A stretch of DNA of 32,000 nt from positions 3,232 to 35,231 of the forward strand of contig JAQVTI010000011.1 in NCBI GenBank assembly GCA_028700115.1, given 5' to 3'. The translations under genes were made by a program, and so were the position numbers. The notes beneath the pieces were generated by a model. The model was not told the origin of the DNA and ran no database searches. It saw only the letters and a program-made list of their open reading frames with translations. The first letter of the stretch is position 1; each line of letters opens with the position of its first letter. Shown piece by piece: positions 1-8,270 of the stretch. The DNA comes from Candidatus Iainarchaeum sp. (GTDB lineage: Archaea; Iainarchaeota; Iainarchaeia; Iainarchaeales; CSSED10-239).

Positions 1-1086
1 TTTACATTACAAGAATTAATTAATGCAGAATTTGATTTAAAAGAGCTTATTAATAATTTTAAAATTAAAGAATTTTATTTAATTAATTTTTCTGCAATTA
101 AACTTTTTGAAAATGGTGTTTCTTTAGAAGAATTAAAAGAAGCAGGATACAATATAAAAGAATTAATTGCATTAGAACCTATACAAGAACCTTTAGAAGA
201 AAAACAAAGTTATTCTTTAGAAGAATTAAAATATATGAAATATTCTATAAGTGAACTTTTAGAAATGGGGTATACTGTTTTAGATTTAAAAAATTCAGGA
301 TATTCTGCAAAAGAATTAAAAGTAGAAGGAGTTACTTGTAGAGAATTAATTGAAGTAGGATTTGATATAAGAGAACTTCATTTTTTAGGATGTACTTTAA
401 AATATTTTATAGAATATGGATTAAATTTAATAGATTTAAGAAATTCTGGATTTAATGCTTTAGAATTACATTTAGAAGGATATTCTTTATATGATCTTAG
501 AATGGCTGGGTTTTCTGCAAAAGAACTTCTTCACATAGGATATACTGCAAAACAATACCATTCTGTAGGATATACTGCAAAAGAACTTTATGAAATTGGA
601 TTTAGTATTTCTAGTTTAAGATTTGCAGGATATAAAGCAAAAGAATTAACAGGAATTGGAATTTCTATAAATGATTTTTATTTAGCAGGATATTTAGCTA
701 AAGAAATGGCACAAGCAGGATATAAACCAATAGACCTTAAAGGAAATTATTCTGCAAAAGAGTTAAAACAAGCAGGATTTGATGTTGCATCTATGAAAAA
801 AGCAGGATTTTCTGCAAAAGAGTTATATGATGTTGGGTTTTCTGCAAGACAACTTCATTATGGTGGATTTTCTGCAAAAGAACTTTATGAAGTTGGAGTA
901 GGTATAAGAATGTTAAAAGTTATACATTATGCTGCAAAAGAATTAAAAGAAATTGGATTTACTGCCTTACAATTAAAAAAAATTGGATATAACCTAGAAC
1001 AATTAAAAGAAGCAGGATATTCTTTTACTGAACTTAAAGATGCAGGTTTTTCTTCAGAAAAGATTAACAGACTTCCTAATAAATAG
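1..1086 (+). CDS. Tandem 10-residue repeat protein, consensus [FY]SAKEL(K/Y)xxG, partial at 5' end
   Basis: Frame 1 is open from base 1 (FTLQELINAEFDLKELINNFKIKEFYLINFSAIKLFENGVSLEELKEAGYNIKEL...) and continues into the track ORF at 235, ending TAG 1084-1086. About 30+ decapeptide units such as YSAKELKVEG, FSAKELLHIG, FSAKELYDVG. Confidence 0.85.
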   Translation, partial: FTLQELINAEFDLKELINNFKIKEFYLINFSAIKLFENGVSLEELKEAGYNIKELIALEPIQEPLEEKQSYSLEELKYMKYSISELLEMGYTVLDLKNSGYSAKELKVEGVTCRELIEVGFDIRELHFLGCTLKYFIEYGLNLIDLRNSGFNALELHLEGYSLYDLRMAGFSAKELLHIGYTAKQYHSVGYTAKELYEIGFSISSLRFAGYKAKELTGIGISINDFYLAGYLAKEMAQAGYKPIDLKGNYSAKELKQAGFDVASMKKAGFSAKELYDVGFSARQLHYGGFSAKELYEVGVGIRMLKVIHYAAKELKEIGFTALQLKKIGYNLEQLKEAGYSFTELKDAGFSSEKINRLPNK

Positions 1087-1100
1087 TTTTTTTATTTTTT

Positions 1101-1123
1101 CCTTTATTTTATAAAGGTTTTTA
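1101..1123 (+). terminator. Hairpin CCTTTAT-TTT-ATAAAGG followed by T-rich tract
   Basis: Perfect 7-bp inverted repeat at 1101-1107/1111-1117, just downstream of the repeat-protein stop. Confidence 0.4.
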
Positions 1124-1189
1124 TATTTATATATATTTGTATTTTTAATATAATTTTTTAAAATTTTATAAATAATTTAGGTGAATAAT

Positions 1190-2218
1190 ATGTCAAATAA
1201 AAAACATAAAGAACATAATATAACAGAAAATAAATATAAAATAAATAAAAAAGAATTATTAGTTTGGCAAATCTTTGCTGCTATTTGTTTAGTTTTATTT
1301 ATTGGGTCAATGGTTATTGTCTTAAATAATAACTCTAAAGTTGTAGATAATAAAGAAAAATCTCCAATGACTGGAGAAATAATTTTAGCTCAAGATGATA
1401 TGCAGAAAATCGCTGATTTAACAATTGAATTTTTAAAAGTAAATTTTAATATTACAGATTTAACACTTAATAATGTTTCTGAAGAGAAAGGTCTTTTGAA
1501 AATGGATTTAGATATTTCAGGTCAAAAACTTTCAATTTATACAAGTCAAGATGGTGAGCTTTTATTTTTAAGTGAAGAACCAATCAATAAGACTGAATTT
1601 TTAGAAGAACTTGAAGCTCAAAAAGAACAAGAAAAAGCACAAGCTCAATCTATTGAAAAGGTAGAAAAACCAAAAACTGAACTTTTTATTTGGTCATATT
1701 GTCCATATGGAGTTACTGCTCTTAGCCCTTTTGGTGAAGTTGTTTCTGTTTTAGGAGAAACTGTTGATGCTAAGGTTTATTTATATTATGCAGGGCATGG
1801 AGATTATGAAGCTCAACAAAATAAAATTCAAGCATGTATTCAAGATTTAGGTTATTCTGATAAATATTGGGACTTTGCAGTTGGTTTTTCAAATAATATT
1901 TATTCTAAATGTAGTGGAGATATCTCTTGTGATAAAGAAGAATCTATTGCATTAATGAATAGTTTAGGAATTGATTCTGTTAAAGTTTTAGAATGTGTTG
2001 AAGCTAAAGGAGATGAATTAGTAAAAACACATGCAGATAAAGCAAAAGAATATGGTGTAACTGGATCACCTAGTTTATTTGTAAATGGTGTGAAAGTTAA
2101 TGTTGCAAGAAATGCTCAAGCTTTTAAAACAGTTATTTGTTCTGGATACTCTACTCAACCTGAAGCTTGTTCTCAAGTTTTAGATTCACAAGGAGCATCT
2201 GCAACTGGTAATTGTTAA
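1190..2218 (+). CDS. Membrane-anchored thioredoxin-fold/DsbA-like protein
   Basis: N-terminal TM segment (LLVWQIFAAICLVLFIGSMVIVL), then FIWSYCPYG... and ...YGVTGSPSLFVNGVKV typical of thioredoxin/DsbA folds. The track start (GTG 1181) lies in the AGGTGA SD; ATG 1190 is the likelier start. Confidence 0.7.
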   Translation: MSNKKHKEHNITENKYKINKKELLVWQIFAAICLVLFIGSMVIVLNNNSKVVDNKEKSPMTGEIILAQDDMQKIADLTIEFLKVNFNITDLTLNNVSEEKGLLKMDLDISGQKLSIYTSQDGELLFLSEEPINKTEFLEELEAQKEQEKAQAQSIEKVEKPKTELFIWSYCPYGVTALSPFGEVVSVLGETVDAKVYLYYAGHGDYEAQQNKIQACIQDLGYSDKYWDFAVGFSNNIYSKCSGDISCDKEESIALMNSLGIDSVKVLECVEAKGDELVKTHADKAKEYGVTGSPSLFVNGVKVNVARNAQAFKTVICSGYSTQPEACSQVLDSQGASATGNC

Positions 2219-2224
2219 ATTATA

Positions 2225-2252
2225 AAAGAGGATTTTTTTCCTCTTTATTTTT
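2225..2252 (+). terminator. Hairpin AAAGAGGA-TTTTTT-TCCTCTTT followed by T-rich tract
   Basis: Perfect 8-bp stem at 2225-2232/2239-2246, then ATTTTTT, between two genes. Confidence 0.5.
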
Positions 2253-2270
2253 TATTTATAAGATGATTTT

Positions 2271-3077
2271 ATGCCTGTTTTTAAAAGAAAAAATTTATTT
2301 GGAAAACCTATTGAAAAATTAGATGTTGTAAACAAAGTTATAAATGTTAGTCGAATTTCTTTTAAAAAAGATAAAAATAATACACTTATTAAACTTGGTT
2401 CTGGGAAGATAGGAGATGTTTATTTAGGTACTGTTTATTTTAAGTATGGAACTAAAAGACAAGTTGCAATTAAGAAATATAAATATGATATTTCTAAAGA
2501 TATCCCTCTTTATAATAAAATAATTTCTGATTTAAGTTCTATTAAGCTTCCAAAAGATCCAAAATATCCAAATAGAAAAGAAACTACTTTATTGCCTAAG
2601 ATGTGTTTTTTAAAAATAAAAAATAAATCAGGAGTTGAAGAATGTGTTCAGATCACTCCTGCATATATTAAAAATGGAAAATCAAAATTTTTATCAAATA
2701 ATGAATTTTTAGGATTTAATGAAAAAGAAATGGTTTGGATACTTTCTGAGATTGCAAAGAAAGGTTATGATCCTTATGATTTAGTTGCACAATTTAAAAA
2801 TAATGAATCACTAATTCCAATCGATTTAGATATTTTAGTAGAAACTTATAAACATAAGGGTTTATTAAAAGGTGAAGAAAAAATTAATAATTTATTATAT
2901 TCTTTAGCAAAAGTTTCTGAGATTGGACTTTTTGGTGGATTTGGGGATTTATATACATATAATAAAATGTGTGACATTTTAATTCAAATGAATCCTTCTT
3001 ATAAAAAAATTATTAATAAAAATCGTAAATCTGTTTTTAATAAAAATAAAGAAGATTTAATTAATAGTTCTTTTTAG
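2271..3077 (+). CDS. Protein-kinase-like protein with glycine-rich loop and VAIK motif, possibly degenerate
   Basis: LGSGKIGDVYLGTVYF...RQVAIKKYKYD resembles a kinase N-lobe. GYDPYDLVAQFKNNESLIPIDLDILVE could be a diverged catalytic loop/DFG region. Confidence 0.4.
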   Translation: MPVFKRKNLFGKPIEKLDVVNKVINVSRISFKKDKNNTLIKLGSGKIGDVYLGTVYFKYGTKRQVAIKKYKYDISKDIPLYNKIISDLSSIKLPKDPKYPNRKETTLLPKMCFLKIKNKSGVEECVQITPAYIKNGKSKFLSNNEFLGFNEKEMVWILSEIAKKGYDPYDLVAQFKNNESLIPIDLDILVETYKHKGLLKGEEKINNLLYSLAKVSEIGLFGGFGDLYTYNKMCDILIQMNPSYKKIINKNRKSVFNKNKEDLINSSF

Positions 3078-3140
3078 ATACTTTTTTAAATACTTTTTAG
3101 GACATATATTATATAATTATTTTATATATGGGTGCTATTT

Positions 3141-3761
3141 ATGATTTATATTCCTGCTTGGCTTGCAATTTTAGAAGTCTTAATCATATTTGTGCTTCCT
3201 GTTTTTTTAATGTATGAAAAAATCATACCCTTTAAGTACAGACTTCATACAATGGGTTTAATTGGACTTGCAGTTACTTCTTTAGTAGTTGTTCAGAAAT
3301 GGACTTTAACAGATTTAGGAATTAGAGTAGATAACTTACAAGGGCATTTAGTGCCTTATGTTTTATTTACAATTTTAATATCTATTGTAATTGTATATTT
3401 ATCTAATACAGTTTTAAAAAGAACACATTACGTACATTATTGGACAGAAAAAAAGCATCATCTAAAATTTTTAATACCTAATTGTTTTTTACAAGAATTT
3501 TTATTTAGAGCTTTTTTAATACCTGTTTTATTTATATTTATAGATTCTTTATTTATTGTAGTTTTAGTTAACTCTATTCTTTTTATGTCAATTCATGTAA
3601 TTTATTCAACTAAATTTATGGATTTATTATTTGTTTTTATAGAAGGTTTTTTATTTGCAACTATATTTATTTTCTATCCTAATTTAATATTTATTACAAT
3701 TGCACATTGTATTCATAATTATTTAGCTATATTTTATAAGTTTTTTGTGGATGAAAGGTGA
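3141..3761 (+). CDS. CPBP family intramembrane protease-like protein
   Basis: Polytopic; motifs QEFLFR, FMSIH and HCIHNY match CPBP motifs (EExxxR, FxxxH, HxxxN). The track start GTG 3132 is part of a GGGTG SD; ATG at 3141 is likely. Confidence 0.65.
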   Translation: MIYIPAWLAILEVLIIFVLPVFLMYEKIIPFKYRLHTMGLIGLAVTSLVVVQKWTLTDLGIRVDNLQGHLVPYVLFTILISIVIVYLSNTVLKRTHYVHYWTEKKHHLKFLIPNCFLQEFLFRAFLIPVLFIFIDSLFIVVLVNSILFMSIHVIYSTKFMDLLFVFIEGFLFATIFIFYPNLIFITIAHCIHNYLAIFYKFFVDER

Positions 3762-3815
3762 ATATATCATGTATAAATAGTATTATTTAAATATATTTGT
3801 ATATTATATTTTATT

Positions 3816-4397
3816 ATGATTATTAAACAAATTTCTAAAAAAGAAATTAAAAATGCAGACTTATTTCAACAGGCTATATTAAATCCAAATAAATGTAAAA
3901 GATTTAGACCTTGGTCTGTAGTTTATAAAAATTTTTTAAGAAATCCTTCTTTATTTATTGGTGCATATGATAAAAATAAAATAATAGGAATTGTTTTTGG
4001 GTATATTAAAAAAAATAAAGTTTTATTAGGAGAAATGGCTATTTCTAATGATTATCAAAGAAAAGGTATTGGTAGAAAACTTATTTTTGAATTTGAGAAG
4101 AATGTAAAAAAATTAAATAAAAAGTATATTGAATTAGGGGCTTTTGGATCTGCTCAAAATTTTTATTTAAATTTAGGTTATACTCCTATATTATTTGTTC
4201 AAATTTATAAAAATAAAGTTAAAAAAAATTATAATAAGTTAAATTATAATGTATTAAAAGAAACTAATTATATTGATGCTAAGAGGTTATTTATTAAAAT
4301 TGATAAATTAGATGATAAACTAAAACAAAAAGCAGAAAAAGATTTTAATGCTTATAATGTAATCTATTTATTTAGAAAAAATTTTGATTTTGGATAA
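3816..4397 (+). CDS. GNAT family N-acetyltransferase
   Basis: GEMAISNDYQRKGIGRKLIFEFEKNVKKLNKKYIELGAFGSAQNFYLNLGYTPI: acetyl-CoA binding RKGIGRKL and C-terminal FYLNLGY. Confidence 0.85.
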   Translation: MIIKQISKKEIKNADLFQQAILNPNKCKRFRPWSVVYKNFLRNPSLFIGAYDKNKIIGIVFGYIKKNKVLLGEMAISNDYQRKGIGRKLIFEFEKNVKKLNKKYIELGAFGSAQNFYLNLGYTPILFVQIYKNKVKKNYNKLNYNVLKETNYIDAKRLFIKIDKLDDKLKQKAEKDFNAYNVIYLFRKNFDFG

Positions 4398-4597
4398 ATT
4401 CTAATTATATCTTCTATAATTTTTATAATTATTTTATTTTTTTCAATTTTATATAAATTTTTATTATATCTTATTTTAGTTATTTTATTATATATTTTTT
4501 TACAATCTTTATTTTTATAATCTAAAATAATGTTTTTTTTAGTAAATATAAAGTATATTTTATTTAAATCTTCTCTTAATATCATTTTGAAATACAT
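4364..4597 (-). CDS. Small protein downstream of a radical SAM enzyme; tentative PqqD/RRE-like
   Basis: MYFKMILREDLNKIYFIFTKKNIILDYKNKDCKKIYNKI...: RED plus beta-hairpin plus helix layout resembles PqqD-like domains (weak). ATG at 4597-4595 lies 1 nt after the TGA (4601-4599) that ends the read-through radical SAM frame. Confidence 0.4.
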   Translation of the reverse strand: MYFKMILREDLNKIYFIFTKKNIILDYKNKDCKKIYNKITKIRYNKNLYKIEKNKIIIKIIEDIIRIYPKSKFFLNK

Positions 4598-4598
4598 A

Positions 4599-5645
4599 TC
4601 AATCTTTTTTTAAACAATAATCTATATTATCTAATATATTATCTTTATTTAATATATCTAATTGTATTGGACATCTTGCGCATTTTTTTCATAATTTACA
4701 ATCTGGACAACCTTTTATTTGTTGAATTCTCCAATTTTTAAATTGTATTGAATTCCATATTTTATTTATATTATTCAAGTTATTTTTAATTTTGTAAGAA
4801 TAATTTTTAGCAAATCTTGTATAAGGTAATAAAGGACAAGGATATGCTATTAAATTGGTAGAAATATGATAATAATGAATTCCAGCACCGCATTTAAAAT
4901 AATAATCTTTTTTATCTAATGTTTTAAAATCAGATAAATCTAGTTCTATGTTGTTTATAATGCATTCCTTATTTAATTTTTTAATAAATTTTTTATCTTT
5001 AAAAAGTTTAATAATTTCATTAGAATTTATATTTTTATTATTATTTTTTCCTCTTCCTTTAGATAATAATGGGCCTATAATCCATTTTTTTACATTTAAT
5101 TTATTTAAAAATTTAGGAAATTCTAAAATTTCTTTATAATTTTTGGAATGAATTAAAGTTCCTACAATCGTATATATTTCATCTTTTTTTAGTTGATTTA
5201 ATGTTTTTAAAGTATTATTGTATATTTTTTTATTTTTTTTAATTGGATCTCTTATATATAAATGAGATTGAGGATTAGTTCCATCTAAAGATATTTTAAA
5301 TGCTAATAACATTTTTGATTTTTTAATTAAATTATATTTTTTTAAAGAGAATAATCCATTTGAAGTTAAATAATAAGGTAATTCTATATGATCTAAATAT
5401 TTAATTAAATTAATAAATTTAGAATATTTTGTAGGTTCTCCACCAGATATATTGACATATAATATATTTGTTTTTTTATAATAAGCTAATATTTTTTTTA
5501 AAATATTAAATGGAATTTCTTTTTTTATAATTCCATATGATCCATAACAATGAATACATTTTAAATTACAATCAGAAGTTATACTTATATGAACATGTAA
5601 TGGTGCTTTTTTTGCAAACAATTTATCTTGGTATTTTTTATCCAT
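4599..5645 (-). CDS. Radical SAM/SPASM enzyme; frame interrupted by in-frame TGA at 4691-4689
   Basis: ITSDCNLKCIHCYG (CxxxCxxC), VNISGGEPT, and C-terminal CGAG...YPC...IWNSIQFKNWRIQQIKGCPDCKL[TGA]KKCARCPIQLDILNKDNILDNIDYCLKKD. The strict ORF is 4689-5645. Confidence 0.8.
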
Positions 5646-5650
5646 TTTAA

Positions 5651-5776
5651 TTAAAATTGATTATGTGCACAAGGTACTGTATCTGCTCTTTTTAATATAT
5701 TTAATTTTATATTTTTTTTATTTATTTCTATTTTTTTTGATTCAATATTTGTTGCAATATTTGCAGTTGACATCAT
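5651..5776 (-). CDS. Candidate RiPP precursor peptide, 41 aa
   Basis: Manual translation MMSTANIATNIESKKIEINKKNIKLNILKRADTVPCAHNQF*. Strong SD GAGGTGA (5787-5781), spacer TAAT, stop TAA 5 nt before the radical SAM ATG. Locally less AT-rich at the 3' end. Confidence 0.6.
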   Translation of the reverse strand: MMSTANIATNIESKKIEINKKNIKLNILKRADTVPCAHNQF

Positions 5777-5816
5777 ATTATCACCTCAAATTATATATTA
5801 ATTGATCTACATAATG

Positions 5817-5824
5817 TTTATAAA
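5817..5824 (-). promoter_or_regulatory. Putative archaeal TATA box (TTTATAAA) for the peptide/radical SAM operon
   Basis: TTTATAAA about 41-48 nt upstream of the candidate precursor ATG, in the gap after the preceding gene. Confidence 0.35.
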
Positions 5825-5843
5825 TCTTTTTATTATATTATTT

Positions 5844-7601
5844 TTATCTAGCACCTGCACCTCCACCACCCATACCTCCACCAAATCCTCCTGCTGAACC
5901 ACTACTACCTGAACCTGATATAGATCCATTAGATAGTGATGTGTAGGTTATACTTGTTGTATATGTTGCTAAAAACATCATGTTTGTGGTGTTACTTGAC
6001 ACATTTAGGTTGTGTGCCTTGATTATTTTGTTAACTTTCTTTGCACTTCCAAAAGCAGTTGCATAAACTATATATTTTTCCCATAAAATTACATGTCTTG
6101 GAGGATATTTTTTAATTTGAGAAAAATCTGTTATATATCTATTAAAATTCATCCATTTTAGATTAAGAACTCTGTTTTTCTTTGTAAATCTATTACTTAA
6201 AAAAGTACTTCTATCTTTGTATACTAATTTTTGAAAAGTTGTAAATATTTTTAGATAGATGCTAATTATAAAAATATAAATCATAGGAATTGTCATGTAT
6301 GCTATTTCAGGAGCTATTAAGTTTGTTTTACTAAAAATTAATGAAATAAATATTATATATATTGCAATATAGCCAAAAAATAATAATGAAAAATAAATAT
6401 TTCCTTTTTTCTCAAATAATTCCTGTTCTGTTTTCCAGTTTTTATAATATTCAAAAATTTCTTTTTGAACTTTTTTAAATTCTAAATCCATTACTAGATT
6501 AAATTTATTTTTTGTAAGGTTATATCTGTTGTTAATCATTTTTTTAGTTATGTAATTGTATAGTGACTTATAAGCACTGTTTAGAATATCTATTTTTTTA
6601 TTAGTTTTAATTAAAATTAAATCATCATTTTTATCTTTTTCAAAATTTAAATATTTTTGATTAACTAAATCCATTATAATTGATCCAAACCAATATTTTG
6701 TAAATCTACCATTTGCAAAATAATTTGCTTGTATAGGATCGTGTTTAGAAGGTAAATCTCTTTCATATTCTCCAAAGTAATTTACTTCTTTTTTAGAATA
6801 TTCTTTTCCAAAAAATCTCCAAATTAAATAAAAGCCAATAAACCCTATTAATGTGTATATTAATAAATATATTTTTTTATGTTCTAGAACAAATAGACCT
6901 ATGTTTAGTTTTTTTTTAAGTTTATTTTCAATTTTTAAAACATCTTTAGATGTATATTCTTTTTTATAATTACTTTTTTGTGTAAAATATGTATTTGGAA
7001 TAAGCATATTTATTTCAATATACTCATTTGATTTTACATTTTTAGAAATTGAAAGTATATTTTTACTTTCTTCTATTTTATAATTATCTTTATTAAAAAC
7101 ATGCATGAAATATGTTGTGTTGTTTATGTCTTCTGGAAGGATAATTTGTATATTTGTTTTTGTAGATTTATTTGTTTTTTCTCCATATATCTTATAAAAG
7201 AATTGATGAGAATCATTAATATCTAAAATAGCATTTTCAATTGTATATTCAAAATAAGCAGTTATTTGTTCATTACTAAAATTTCCTTTTAGAATAAGTT
7301 CTTTTTCTCCAGAAATGGATTCATTTTTGTTTTTAAAAATAAACTCTGCATTCTTATCTTTTTCAATATACCCATTATATTCAGAAATTATTATATCATC
7401 TGGTTTTTGTATATATAGCTCTGTAAAACTGCCATTTAAGTAATAAGTTATAGCTTCATTTACAATTATTTGTGTGTTTTCTTGTATATTATAAGTTATA
7501 TTATAATTTTCTATTGAATAATATTTTGCAGAAACTTGTGGAAGAATTAAAGCTAAAGTAAATATTATTGTAATTATTAAAAATATACTTTTTTTATTCA
7601 T
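5844..7601 (-). CDS. DUF2207-type predicted membrane protein with Gly-rich C-terminus
   Basis: Signal peptide MNKKSIFLIITIIFTLALILPQVSA, beta-rich ectodomain, several TM segments and a GGFGGGMGGGGAGAR tail. The Met at 7601 is preferred over 7679. Confidence 0.75.
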   Translation of the reverse strand: MNKKSIFLIITIIFTLALILPQVSAKYYSIENYNITYNIQENTQIIVNEAITYYLNGSFTELYIQKPDDIIISEYNGYIEKDKNAEFIFKNKNESISGEKELILKGNFSNEQITAYFEYTIENAILDINDSHQFFYKIYGEKTNKSTKTNIQIILPEDINNTTYFMHVFNKDNYKIEESKNILSISKNVKSNEYIEINMLIPNTYFTQKSNYKKEYTSKDVLKIENKLKKKLNIGLFVLEHKKIYLLIYTLIGFIGFYLIWRFFGKEYSKKEVNYFGEYERDLPSKHDPIQANYFANGRFTKYWFGSIIMDLVNQKYLNFEKDKNDDLILIKTNKKIDILNSAYKSLYNYITKKMINNRYNLTKNKFNLVMDLEFKKVQKEIFEYYKNWKTEQELFEKKGNIYFSLLFFGYIAIYIIFISLIFSKTNLIAPEIAYMTIPMIYIFIISIYLKIFTTFQKLVYKDRSTFLSNRFTKKNRVLNLKWMNFNRYITDFSQIKKYPPRHVILWEKYIVYATAFGSAKKVNKIIKAHNLNVSSNTTNMMFLATYTTSITYTSLSNGSISGSGSSGSAGGFGGGMGGGGAGAR

Positions 7602-7707
7602 AAATATCTTACTTTTATTATATAATATATGGCATATCGATTCATTTATAAACATTTCTTTGCTTGTATATTTATACAAGTTATAATTTGTTAAGAGGTA
7701 TTTTTAG

Positions 7708-7992
7708 ATGAGAAAACAAAAAGATTTATTTAAGATTTTTAAAGTTTTAGGAGATGAAACTAGATTTAGAATTGTTGATAAACTTCTAAACTGTAAATCT
7801 TTTAAAGATAATACATGTTGTTCAGATTTAGCTGATTTTACACAAAAGGATCTATCTACAATTTCAAGACAATTAGATATATTAGAAAAAGAAGGTATTA
7901 TTGTTGTAAATAAAGTTAGTAAGAGTAAGTGTATAAAACTTAAAAACAAAGAAATTATCTTAAAAGTTTTTGAATATTCTAAAAAGCTTTAA
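7708..7992 (+). CDS. ArsR family HTH transcriptional regulator
   Basis: IFKVLGDETRFRIVDKLLNC...CCSDLADFTQKDLSTISRQLDILEKEGIIV. Confidence 0.85.
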   Translation: MRKQKDLFKIFKVLGDETRFRIVDKLLNCKSFKDNTCCSDLADFTQKDLSTISRQLDILEKEGIIVVNKVSKSKCIKLKNKEIILKVFEYSKKL

Positions 7993-8021
7993 AATTAAAA
8001 ATAATTTAAAAGGTGATTTTT

Positions 8022-8249
8022 ATGTCAAAAATTATAGTTTATTCAACACAATCTTGCCCTTATTGTGTAATGGCAAAAGAATATTTAAAATCTAAAAACA
8101 TTGAGTTTGAGGATGTAGATGTAGGACAAGATATGAATAGAGCTATGGAGATGATTCATAAATCTGGTCAACAAGGAGTTCCTGTAATTGATATTAATGG
8201 AAAAATAATAATTGGTTTTAATAAACCAGAAATAGATGCTTCTTTATAG
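8022..8249 (+). CDS. Glutaredoxin/NrdH-like protein
   Basis: IIVYSTQSCPYCVMAKEYLKSKNIEFEDVDV...GQQGVPVIDINGKIIIGFN. The track GTG 8013 is in the AGGTGAT SD; ATG is at 8022. Confidence 0.9.
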   Translation: MSKIIVYSTQSCPYCVMAKEYLKSKNIEFEDVDVGQDMNRAMEMIHKSGQQGVPVIDINGKIIIGFNKPEIDASL

Positions 8250-8270
8250 AGAAGAAGTTTTTTTATTTTT

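Noticed and set aside
235-1086. Pentapeptide or ankyrin repeat identity for the left-edge protein
   Set aside because: The period is 10 residues with a conserved AKEL core and Gly, not 5 or 33, so neither family fits.
4689-4691. Genome-wide reassignment of TGA as sense codon
   Set aside because: TGA functions as a normal terminator elsewhere in the window (for example CPBP gene 3759-3761, ferredoxin 24777-24779) and Trp is encoded by TGG, so the SPASM TGA is a local event.
4948-5139. 63-aa + strand ORF
   Set aside because: Antisense to the radical SAM gene, with no SD or recognisable motif; an AT-rich by-product.
7704-7949. 81-aa minus ORF over the ArsR gene
   Set aside because: Antisense to a confidently identified ArsR regulator.
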